This document shows positions 39,860 to 50,409 of a stretch of 64,000 bases of DNA, in pieces; positions within the stretch are counted from its first letter, which is position 1, and the number at the start of each line of letters is the position of its first letter. The notes beneath the pieces were generated by a model. It ran no database searches. It was not told the DNA's origin and worked only from the letters and a program-made list of their open reading frames with translations. A program made the position numbers and the translations under genes. Source of the stretch: Lama guanicoe (taxonomy: Eukaryota). The stretch spans positions 13,424,974-13,488,973 of the forward strand of contig MU054187.1 of assembly GCA_013239625.1 (NCBI GenBank), written 5' to 3'.

Positions 39860-40216
39860 ACCTTAGTCCTTTCGGGTTGCTGCAACAAACACTTTAGAAT
39901 GGGTGGCTTATAAACAACAGACATTTGTTTCTCACGGTTCTGGAAGCTGCAAGTCCAAGATCATGGCGCCAGCAGATTCTGTGTCTGATCTGAGCTCACT
40001 TCCTTACAGAAGACCTTCTTGCTGTAACCTTACAAAGTGGAAGAGGTGAGAGGGATCTTTCTGGGGTTTCTTTTATAAGGACACTAATCCCACTCATGAA
40101 GGCCCCCCCTTATCACTTAATCACCTCGCAGTGGCCCCATCTCCTAATACCATCACACTGGGGGTTAGGATTTCAACATATGAACCTGAGGGGGACACAG
40201 ATATTCAAACTATAGC
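39860..40216 (-). mobile_element. MLT1A-like MaLR solo LTR, near full length
   Basis: gggtggcttataaacaacagacatttgtttctcacggttctggaagctgcaagtccaagatc...aataccatcacactgggggttaggatttcaacatatgaa. Confidence 0.88.
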
Positions 40217-40846
40217 TGGAACCCCAACAAACAAACAGCAATCCCCAAGCGCGACCCAAGAGACTTTTCAGTTGGCAGCTGCAGCTCTGCACCCGCTACC
40301 CCGGGCCTTGTCACACGTCCACAGCGTCCTCCACTACTCTGTGAGGGATGACAAGGCAGTGGATCACTTGGGAGCACTTCCTCACCAAGAAGAAGTTGAG
40401 GACTTCCCATGAACAGCCCTTGAAACCTTGAGAAGGCAGTTCCACCCTTTGATGGGCTTGAGAAATCCAAGTTTAGTTAAATGTGTTGTAATTTGCCTTA
40501 AAATGAATTTTTGTGTTACATTTCTGTACACAGAGGAGGTATGAGAACAGCCTAGTAATGAGTTTTCATTTGTTAAAAGAGAATGGTTCTTAATTTTGCG
40601 TTCTAGAGGTAGTAAGTGGTTGAAATAAATGACATCTCTCATGGGTGGGGAGACCGCAATAAGGCAAAAATGGACAGTTAATTAAGAAGGATTAAACTTA
40701 CAAGTTAGATAAGAAAACAAGAATTAAGAGAAAACTTAGTGCAATTAAATGTGCAGCAACCAATAATCAGACAGTTTGTTGAAATCAGAAAGCAGTCTTG
40801 CTTGTTGTTTGAGGGTTAGGACCTATGGAGTTAATGGTTGGCAGGA

Positions 40847-40960
40847 GTTATAGACTGATGTTTGTGTCCCCACAAAATTCATAACTGAAGCCCTGACCTC
40901 CACTGTGATGGCATTTGGAAGTGGGGCTTTTGGAAGGTAATTATGTTTAGATGAAGTCAG
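40847..40960 (+). mobile_element. 5' fragment of an MLT1A/B-like LTR abutting the provirus
   Basis: ttatagactgatgtttgtgtccccacaaaattcata...tgtgatggcatttggaagtggggcttttggaaggtaatta. Confidence 0.75.
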
Positions 40961-40966
40961 GTATTC

Positions 40967-41237
40967 TGTTAAAAAAAAAAAACGAAAAAAACCCCAACAA
41001 AATTCAGCAGAGTAAAATTTGAAGATCTAATTGGCTTTGTTCAACAATTCATGAATCGGCCAGCATCCCATCTAGCAAATGGAAGGGTGCCTCAAGGTAC
41101 TGTGTAACACGGAAAGGTTTTATAGGAAAAAGGGTGTTGCAAGAGAGCAATTAGCAAGACGAAAGAAAGGATTAGTTTTAGGCCAGGACATCTTCTTCTG
41201 AGGAGGGAGGAATAGGCAAAGGTTTCATCACACAGGT
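40967..41237 (-). mobile_element. Partial 3' LTR of the provirus
   Basis: Aligns by eye to 47251-~47490; the U3-side part is missing. Confidence 0.8.
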
Positions 41238-41420
41238 GTTCATCTAAAAGGTAATCAAGGTCTTATTCTCAAGAACAACCTTGGGCAGAGAATCTGAGGA
41301 TCTTTGCTGGGCAACTAATGCCTTAGCAATGGAATATGCAATATCTTTAAGAATTAAGGAAAGGTTTCTGATCTTACTCCCATTTGCATCTGTTCCTACT
41401 CAGGGAATGCATTTATTCAC
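41236..41420 (-). pseudogene. env: env TM remnant with immunosuppressive domain
   Basis: Manual translation IRNLSLILKDIAYSIAKALVAQQRSSDSLPKVVLENK, then frameshift to LDYLLDE; compare gamma-type SLAxVVLxNRxALDxL. Confidence 0.8.
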
Positions 41421-41599
41421 AGGAATTGCTGTGTTCAATTATAGATTTTCTTCTAGCCTGAAATAGAGTCATCCTAAATTCCAAAGGTAACCTCTGTCCC
41501 CTCCAACCCTGCCCTTGACAGTGGCCTGAGAGAGACAGATGATTGTGTTATCTTTCCAGGTCAAGGCCAGAGTAAAGGAAAGAAAAGAAAGGGTTAGTT

Positions 41600-42640
41600 A
41601 AAGTATGAAGTCCTGATCCATCATCTTGGGTGGAAGCAGTCTGCATTGATGTCCCGCTGCTTCTCTTCTTTGTCAGTTTGATTAGGAAGCCTCCAGCGTT
41701 TGTACAGGACCAGGTGTGGGTTGGAGCCTTCATGAGCTGTGAGATGTGTACCCAAGACTCAAATCCCTGATATTTGATTGACATCTGGGTAGTAAGTCCC
41801 TTGCAAGGAGATTTAAGGGCAGTCTTTGTTCTGAATTATTCCAAACCCATAGGGTAGAATAATTTGAAAATGTTAGTTGGAGTCATATTTGAGGAAACTA
41901 GAAGAATTCAGGATACAGTCCCATTTAGTGGTCATACAAGACCTCAAAGATAATTAACAAGACTAGAATATAATTTCTACAAAAGTGCAAATATAATTTT
42001 TCTCTCTACAATTACCCTTTTTTTTAACCAAAGATAATCACAGTAAAACTATTTATTTTGACAATCAGCATGAAAATAAGAATACTTAGAGTTTCTGAAT
42101 TCTGAAAGGATAAGATAGGGAGAAAAAGTAAATGTTTCATCGTTTACGAAGTGTATCTTATCAAACTGTCGATAGCTTAAGAGAAAAGATTTCTTTAAAT
42201 CTGAAAAAATTCTAAGAACCAGCAATAATTTAAACACAAACTCATAAAAATTATAATCATCCTCATTAGTTCATTTAGTCTCATGTTACTAATTCTTGTT
42301 CTGTTTGAATCTAGTTTCCCATTAGTTCTCTCAACTTTGCCTAATAATTGAGGGTGACAGGTACAGGGATAATTGCGGGAAGTGTGTAAGGTTTTGTCAA
42401 GGCTCGTATGGTTTGCCCAGTGAAGTGGGTGCCCTTTCCCTGGAGATTGTGGAAGGTATATACCCCATATGAGAAACACGGTCTCTAACAATTTCTTTGC
42501 TACTGTCAGGGCATCAGCCTGGCAGCAAGGGAATGCTTCACTCATCTGGAAAACATACATGCAATTATAGGAGCATATTGATAGTTCACACTAAGTGGCA
42601 GTTGAATAAAGTCCAGCCGCAGGTGTTCAAAGTGTCCAGA
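41600..42640 (-). pseudogene. pol: pol integrase remnants (core and C-terminus)
   Basis: EAFPCCQADALTVAKKLLETVFLIWGI...HPQLLGKVERTNG and QGFESWVHISQLMKAP..WSC. Confidence 0.85.
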
Positions 42641-42703
42641 GGGAGGAGGTCTGAGGCCTTGCTCTAGGGACAAAGCTAGGTTTTCTTAAATGGAATATGA
42701 TGA

Positions 42704-42864
42704 GTAAAAGGAGGAGAAAGGGAGGGAGGGAGAGAGGAAAGAAAGAAAAAGAGGGAAGGAGGAAGGAAGGAAGAAAGGAAGAGAGAGAGAAGGAAAGAGA
42801 AAGGAAGAAGGAAAGAAAGAGAAAGAAAGGGAAAAAGAAAAAGAGAAAGAAAGAAAGAAAAAAA
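42704..42864. repeat. Homopurine GA-rich low-complexity tract
   Basis: About 160 nt of G/A (GGAA/GAAA units) inside the ERV pol region. Confidence 0.95.
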
Positions 42865-45299
42865 TGGGATTCACCAAATAGCCAGGAAGATCCAAGAAGC
42901 CATCTTGGCTTTTCCAGTAGCCCTTGTTTATGCATGTAAATATCTTTGGGGAGCAGACATCATGTTACAAGGACATCAAGATGGCAAAAGTCTGGCAATG
43001 AGGGGTTGTTTTTTGCAGGAGAAGAATGGATTTCATCCACATGGGCCACAATCTATACATTCTGTTGCTGCTGCCCTTGAATGAAAGTCAGCCGGGGTAT
43101 TTCTCTGATTCTCAGGTTCAGCCCTTTTTAGTGTGAACCTCCATTTTGGTAATAGACATTTTATGCCAGGACATATCAAGCTTCCAGGAATTTTACACAA
43201 TTTCTGGAACACTGATAACATCCACCTATACAGAAACAACATAAAGAAGGCTTAATGTTACTTCTTATTTGACAGTGCTTCCCATGTAATGTAACGTATC
43301 AAATAAGCCTAATTAGTTTAACAAATCTTTTGGAATATGCCAAGGGCCCTCTGGAAAAATCTCAAAGTTTCTCCCAGGTCAAAAAGACTTCATTTTTATA
43401 ATTTAATTTTGGGAAGTTTGTCAAAAATGTCCAAAAGGTTTGGACACTTGACTAAATAGGATCACAGAACAATATGAAACAATACTTAGTTTTCTTATCT
43501 GGTAAATGAAAGAAAATTTAGTTCTAGTTTTACGTAAGCACATTGTTGATATTAAAATTTAGTTTTTAAAAACCCTCATAACAACAATTCAGTTTTAGCC
43601 AGCTTGATTACACAAGGTAAAATTCTTTCTCTCTTCAGCCTTTTGTAAACCTTTAGTTTGTCCTTCATAACCAGAAAGTTCTATTTTAGACAAAATTACT
43701 CATTTTCCTTAATAAAAAATGCATCTTTATTTATACCTTTTAACTAAAAACCACATCACACAGAGTTGTTTCTCTTATTTCCAGTAGTTTTAATTGTATA
43801 TGTTAATTAGAATTCTTAACCTTTAGAAACTTTAATTTCTAGTGAAAACTAAGAGGTAAACAAGTATAACCTGTCTTTTATATTTGCATTTTGTAGCTTT
43901 GTAAATACTTTTCATAATTTCTAGAAACGTATCTTTTTCATAGACAATTTCTCAGTGTGGCGATAAACATGTTTAGTAATAGATCCAAATTTATCTTCAG
44001 TTTCTCTGTAATGAGAAGCCAATAATGGAGAAACCTATATTCAATAATTAAACTTGAGTACTTTTTTTCTTATTTGGGAATGATCCACATAGTCAATAAA
44101 TTTTTTTTCATTGAACTTAATCTTAGCAAATCTTTAAGGTTTCAGGTTACCAAAAACATTTGAGAAACTTATTGTAAAAATTCACCTAATTTTTTTGATA
44201 CTGCTCTTATTTATTTAATATACTACCTCTTAATAATTATATTTAGATTACTTATGAAAATTTTATCATACCAACTTATTTTTCGTGCTAAAAAATTTGT
44301 AAGTCTAGGTGGAATAAAAGTATTATATTTAATGCTGGTAACTCTAAAGATGGGTCTGTTTTAATTAAACCAACAAATTTAAACTAGCTTTTATTTACTA
44401 ACTATTATCTTAGGTCATGTGAGCTTGGAAAACATTTGTTTTCCATAGTTTCTGTTTTATTTTTGAGAACTTCGGAATGCCCAGTCCTTACAAGCTTGTC
44501 TTCAAACCAACTACAGAGAGCTCTTCTACAAATTGATTTTGTCAATACCATCCAGAGGTACAAAAATACCTTAATTCTGCATTATATATAGACACACATA
44601 GATGCAAGCAGATGACCTTAGAAGACAGTTTAATTCCCTAAATTCCAAATGACATTTTCCCCACTTTCTATCTTCCTTCTGATAATAATTATCCCCCTGA
44701 AGTTGGTATGTCAGTGAGATTACCTAGATAGGAGTTCACGTTTATATCTCAAAGGCACAAGGACAAGCCTTTTGAGATAAACAGGAGAGGTTTGGGATCT
44801 GGCGAAAAAGATTTTTAGACTTTGACTTGTTTCTGAAGCCACACCTCTGGTCCTGGAAAGACTAGATTTGTAAAGTAAGAACAACTGTTTTTAATACCTC
44901 AAAGAATTAGGTTGTCACTTAAATGGTATTAGAGGAATGACACTCCCATCCACTTATTATTGGAGTGTTTCTTTCCTTCTGGGTACATTTAACTGAGGGG
45001 AAAAGGCCTAGAAAATATCTATCAGGCTCTGAATGTCAGCTTCCAGTTTGGCCACTTTTCTGATCATACAGTGATTAAGTCCTTTGAAATATCTTGTCAG
45101 GTTTTAACCAGAATGAACAATAAATATTTTTGGCAACATTGAATGACCCCCTTAATTTTAATTTTAGTTTCCCTGTGGCTGTTTAAGGGAATAACATAGC
45201 TTTTAACCAGGAAACCCCTCAGAGTCCTGTGAACTTTGGAAGGGGCCCATACGGGGACAGTTAACTTCATGTTGAAGAATCTGCCTAGGGCCTTTGAGG

Positions 45300-45350
45300 A
45301 TAATCTCTTTTCCAGCGTTCCAGTTGATTATAACTGCGACATAGATTTCT
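45300..45350 (-). pseudogene. gag: gag nucleocapsid zinc-knuckle remnant
   Basis: Translates RNLCRSYNQLERWKRDY, a decayed CX2CX4HX4C (C..CKQ.GHWKRDC). Confidence 0.55.
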
Positions 45351-45631
45351 GGGCCAGGGTTTTGGTAATGGACGTCTAGGAGGGTGTACTGAGGGCGGCC
45401 TAGGCGTTATTTTGGGTCTCTGGCCCTGGAGCTGTTGTAGCTGTAAAGCTATTAGCCTGGCAGGTTTCTGGATCCTTTAAGAGTGCTCAGCTGTCGTCAG
45501 GACTTCAGTCAGGCTGCAGGCCTCCCATGTTATCTTCTCCTGGTTTGTGATGGCTTGTAAAAGACCAGCTGCTACTTTGTGAGCTCTTTCTGGTTGGGGA
45601 TCTGGAATATTACCCTTGGGGGTTTGCCCTC

Positions 45632-46049
45632 TGCTGGGCCAACTGATGTCCTTCAGAGCCTGACGACCCCATTCCTGGGCTCCCAGATGCCTGATATTCT
45701 TTGCTGGGCAGTTTCCCCTAGCAAACTGACAGCCCCAGGTGATGCCGACCTTATCAGGGTCAGAGACCCCACCGCCCTTCATAGACCCTAAACCTCTTAC
45801 CTCACCTACAGCCAATCAGAGACTTGTGCACAAGCCATAAGGCACCTTGTGACCCGACCTTATAAAACACCTCAACAACCAGCCCTCGGGGATCACACGG
45901 GCACCTCTTGTCTGTGTGGCCTGCTGTTGTGTATGGCAGTGCACCCTAATGAACTCCTTTCTACTCCCATACGTTATGTCTGATAAATTTTTTTACCAAC
46001 CCGAGCATCACCATGTCACTGACTGGCCACCTCGATGTGTCCCACTACA
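45632..46049 (+). mobile_element. Nested solo LTR (418 bp) in opposite orientation
   Basis: TG...CA termini; 5-bp TSD CCCTC at 45627-45631 and 46050-46054; GCCAATCAG at 45811; TATAAAA at 45861. Confidence 0.85.
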
Positions 46050-47230
46050 CCCTCTTGCTTCCTGCATCCAGTTTTGGGCTTTCCCAGGTCCTAGCAACAT
46101 GTGTACAAGCTGAGGAAGATCTGGGAGCCTGGGGTCATAGGCCCCCAAAATAACTCAATTCTTCAAAAACTTTTGGGGTTGCTCCCTAGGTTTGGGAATT
46201 TCTTTTACTCTATGTGAGGGGGTTCCTCTGTGCCTCGGATCGTTTTGTCTTCAGTGGTGACTGTCTCATAGTCTCCTCAGGGTGGAAAGGCAGTTCAGAA
46301 AGAGAGAGTTAGGGGGATGTGCGTGAGGGCTGCGGTGAGAGAGGGAAGAAGTGTGCTTGGCATGTCACTAGTAGTTTTGTTCTAGGTACTTCTTACGTGT
46401 CTAATTTTGTATCAGCTTTTTGCAATGAATCTTTCAATGAAGCTACTTTGGAATTTGCAGGCTTTTGCATAGCTCTTGCTTTAAAATGCACTTCTTATAT
46501 GATCTTACCTGTTTGAAACATTTCCCCGAGGACCATTGTAATTCGCCTGAGGGCTAGTTACAGTCTGGTAGGTTCTTGGCCGCAAAAAGAGTTTAACCCA
46601 CATTTCTATCCAGCCATGTCTAGTTGTAAATGAAGTACAACTCACGTTTCTGTTCGATCGTATTTTGGAGCCCAACCTGAAGCCATAAAGTCAGGCTCTC
46701 AGGACATAAAACAAGCTTCTGCATAAAACAAGACAAACATGTGCACCTGAATATGTCAGCAGTAACCTAGAGATGTTACTCCATCCTGGACTTTAACAGT
46801 TCCCAACGAGGAATCTGGGGACGGAATCCAAACATTTGGGGAATTGCAGACTGAAATGTCAGGAGTTCCTAACATGGAATCTGGGAACAGAACCAAGGGC
46901 TGGGGTTTTCCGCCATTGGCAATAACCAAAAGATATTGCTGCATCCTGGGAATTGTGGTCTGAAAAGGTTAGGGGCTTGGCTTTGAGTTGATCTGTCTGC
47001 CAGCTCAGTTGGGCTCCATGACAGAATCCCTCTGCTAGCTCAAGCTGACCTCCCTGCCCTGCAAAGGAAAGCCAGAGACTCGGAGTTCGAACACAAAAAG
47101 AGTGGAGCTCAGCCGAGAGGAACTGAGCAATGGCCCTAGGAGATGGCGAGAAAAACTGAACTCCAGGGATTCTCTGGGCACTATAGCTATGTTTCTGGTT
47201 GTCCCCAAATGCAGTTGGAAACTCACTTCA

Positions 47231-47248
47231 ATCTCACCACTGCCACCA
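47231..47248 (-). other. Retroviral primer-binding site, tRNA-Leu
   Basis: Plus strand atctcaccactgccacca vs the recalled tRNA-Leu(TAG) 3' end ATCCCACCACTGCCACCA (17/18); adjacent to the 5' LTR. Confidence 0.8.
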
Positions 47249-47250
47249 AA

Positions 47251-47701
47251 TACATATAAAACAAAACAAAACTCAACCAAATAAATATAAAGATCTAAAT
47301 GTCTTTACTCAGTGATTTGTGAATCAGACAGCATCCCATCCAGCAACTGGAAGGATATGCCCAGGGGTTGTACAAAATGGAAGGTTTTTATAGGAAGAAT
47401 GGTGGGCAAGGGAGCCATTAGCAAAAGAAAGGAGAGGATTATTTTTAGGCCACGACATCTTTTTAGGGGGAAGGGAACTGCATGGATCTTTCAAGCGGAT
47501 GCCTGTTCTTCCTCAGGGCGATGGAGAGGCCCCACCTGACAGAGTACCTACTGGTGCTTGACCATAAAGTTCCAGACTGGTCAATTAAGATCGCCTTTCT
47601 GGGGAAGGTCAAAACTGTGAGTCAGTTATTAAGTCTAGGTTTGGCATCATGGGCTTTAGCACAAGTGACACCGTTTCGGGCCTGTGGTTTTCCCTTTAAC
47701 A
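47251..47701 (-). mobile_element. 5' LTR of the provirus
   Basis: Begins TGTTAAAG on the minus strand; homologous to 40967-41237; next to the PBS. Confidence 0.85.
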
Positions 47702-48629
47702 CTGGCCAAGACAGCAGGTTTATTAGGAATTTTATTCATTTGTTCTGGTGAATGAGTACTTTTTCAAATATGGTTTCTGTATTTTCTTTCTTGTTACAAA
47801 GTTTTGTTTCTTTTATTTATAGATTGTAGGTATCCAGACTTCTCAGTTTTTTCCTTGTACCTGAATATTTCAGGTCATTGTTTGCACTACGTGTCACACC
47901 TTTCCAGTAACTGGTAGCAGCAGAAGTGGAAAGCCCAGATGACAATAAGACATCCAAAACATCCCTGTAAAATGGAAGATATTTTAGAACTTGTGGGTCT
48001 TTAATATGTTCACCTAATAAATAAATCTAGTATTTTTCTTGGTGAATAAAAGTTGAAGGTGTTAAAAATATATTCTTTTCTTGTGAGAGTATGTGATACT
48101 GGCACAATAATGATGGAAACCCTGTTTTCAGCTCTTGGATGTTCATCCTTGTTCTCTAATAGAAAGCTGACCTGGGAGAGGGATTCTAAATATTGAATAG
48201 ATTCATATTATGAATAGTTTCACCTGTTTCAAGTGTAGCAAATCATTCCAAGTCTGATTCCAAGTATTTTGCATGTAAGCAATGGTCTAGTCTCAGAAGG
48301 AATGGCTGGTCATTAGGAAATAATAATTAGCCTCAAAAGAGATTAGATTGCATTTTTAAGTGACACAGCCCTCTCTGATTGTTTCTTAGAAAGAGAGCAG
48401 ATCACTTTAGATAATTTCATTACTTTTTGGTAAGGATTTTTTTATTACTGATTTTATTTATTCTCAAGAGTGCCTGGAATTGTAGTTCTTCAGTGAACTA
48501 GGTGGCTGGACCAATTATCCAGCCATCAAGACCAACTGAACTTCAGCCTTCCCTCCCTACTCAGGAATCTCCCCATTCCTTAGTTATTTAGTGTTTCCAT
48601 GGCTTCCCCTCACTGTTTCTGGAGCCCTG

Positions 48630-48850
48630 GGGAGCAGTGTTAAGTAGTGGTTAAAAGCATGAATTTGAGTTTCAGACAGACCTCAGTTTAAATCTTGGTT
48701 CTGCTATTTAAATATTACATAACATTGAGAATGACTCTTTCTTCATCTATAAAATGGACATCCCAACAGGCACACCACCTCATGAAATGGTCATGGGGGT
48801 TCAAATGAGATGATGTATGTGAAGTACCTGGGAGTACCTGCACACAAGGG
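48630..48850 (+). mobile_element. MIR SINE
   Basis: gtagtggttaaaagcatgaatttgagtttcagacagacctcagtttaaatcttggttctgcta...cttcatctataaaatgg. Confidence 0.8.
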
Positions 48851-48959
48851 GGATGCACTCAGTCTATCAGTCCTCCACACAGAGACCCATTTCTTCTGCT
48901 TGCTTTTCCCATTGGAACAAATGTAACAAGGATTCACACATCGATATCAGTACCTGGTA

Positions 48960-49060
48960 AAACTGAGTTTCAAGGAAGTTATGAATCTTTTCTAAGATGG
49001 TAGAGTAAATGGCAAAGTCAGGGATTAAACCCAGGGTGGTCTGCATGACCTTGACCACTA
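48960..49060 (-). mobile_element. MIR fragment
   Basis: aaactgagtttcaaggaagtta...gtaaatggcaaagtcagggattaaacccagg. Confidence 0.7.
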
Positions 49061-49066
49061 CACCAG

Positions 49067-49122
49067 ACACACACGCGTGTGCGCACATGCACACGCACAC
49101 ACACACACACACACACATATAT
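49067..49122. repeat. (CA)n/(CG) alternating microsatellite
   Basis: acacacacgcgtgtgcgcacatgcacacgcacacac... Confidence 0.9.
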
Positions 49123-49379
49123 GTATGGCTTTTTGTTTGTTTATATTAAAGTATAGTTGTAAGTTGTGCCATTTTCTGAATGCACTGCACTCTCAACGTT
49201 GGGACCTGAACATGTAGACAAAAGTAGTATATTCTTGGAATTTGTTTTTCAGCAATTTATATTATAGAGCCTGGGGATAGGGGTGATACCCAAGGCTTGG
49301 GATCTAAAAATATGCATATACATTGTTTACACTTGTGCAAATATATACATATCCATACAGATCTTTTCATAGAATGTTG

Positions 49380-50340
49380 TGTTGGGGCAAATGCACCATT
49401 AACAAAAATATTTCACATACTAAGCACAAAGTGAATCTTAACAAATATCAAAGAACTTTTGTGCATGGAGAGAAACTATACTCTGAGTACAGTGCAATTA
49501 AATTAGCAATGATTACTCAAAAGATATCCTCCAAATACTTTTGGACTATTAAAATCCTTCTGAGTAATTAATGAGTCAATAAAAAATCATAATTAAAATG
49601 ATAGTTTTGAATATAGAAGAAATTCCAATTAAAATATTTGCATATCAAAACTACCAGTATGCTAGAAAAATATATCAGAACCAATGGTTGTTTAGCATAG
49701 GAATGCAAGAACGAGTTAATATTAAACACTCTATTAAAGTAAGTTAGCACATTAACAGTTGAAATATTGCATTATAAATTAAGGAAAAAAATGACAGCCT
49801 ATTAAGATAAAAATTGGGTAGGAAATTGGTTGTGATGTGGAAAAAATAAGTTAGGTTCCAAATTCACACTATACACAAAAATAAACTCCAAATGGCTTTA
49901 GGAATTCAACTCGAAAAGTAAATTAGTTTTGAGAACAACTTTAATGTCTCTCAAAAGAGGATAATATTCATACGGTAGAATACAATAGAGCAGCTAAATA
50001 GATGACAAAAACACTACATTTATAAAGAGTGATGAATCTCTAAACTATAAAGATGAGGCAAATAAAGTCACAATTGTGACAACAATTTTGTAAATATAGG
50101 TAATGAAATTATAACAACATACAAGGGAAAGGACTGACATCAACCACAAGCCAGTAGTGCCCCTAGGTACTGAGAGAAGGGAACAGTGTGAACTAGGTGG
50201 GGATTTAACTATATTTTTTATGTTCAATTTCTCAAAAGAATGTAAAGCCAATATAATTAAATGTTAATATTTGCTAATGAGGGATGGTAATTAAACAAGG
50301 TCCATTATTTTATATACTTTTCTGAATGCTTAAAATAATT
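49380..50340 (+). mobile_element. Highly decayed L1ME-like fragments
   Basis: cacactatacacaaaaataaactccaaatgg; A-rich bias. Confidence 0.6.
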
Positions 50341-50409
50341 TAAATTAAGAAAACAAAAAAGCAATTTATGTGCATCACAGTCAAACTAACCTTATGGTTA
50401 TTTGTGTAT

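Larger units (their letters stand above)
40967..47701 (-). mobile_element. Decayed ERV1-class provirus (MER4/MER34-group-like)
   Basis: Homologous LTRs at both ends (cagcatcccatc...ttttataggaa...ttttaggcca.gacatctt); PBS, gag, integrase and env remnants in the correct order on the minus strand. Confidence 0.88.

Noticed and set aside
42627..42939. Lys/Arg/Glu-rich and Phe/Ser/Leu-rich ORFs
   Set aside because: Translations of the GA low-complexity tract
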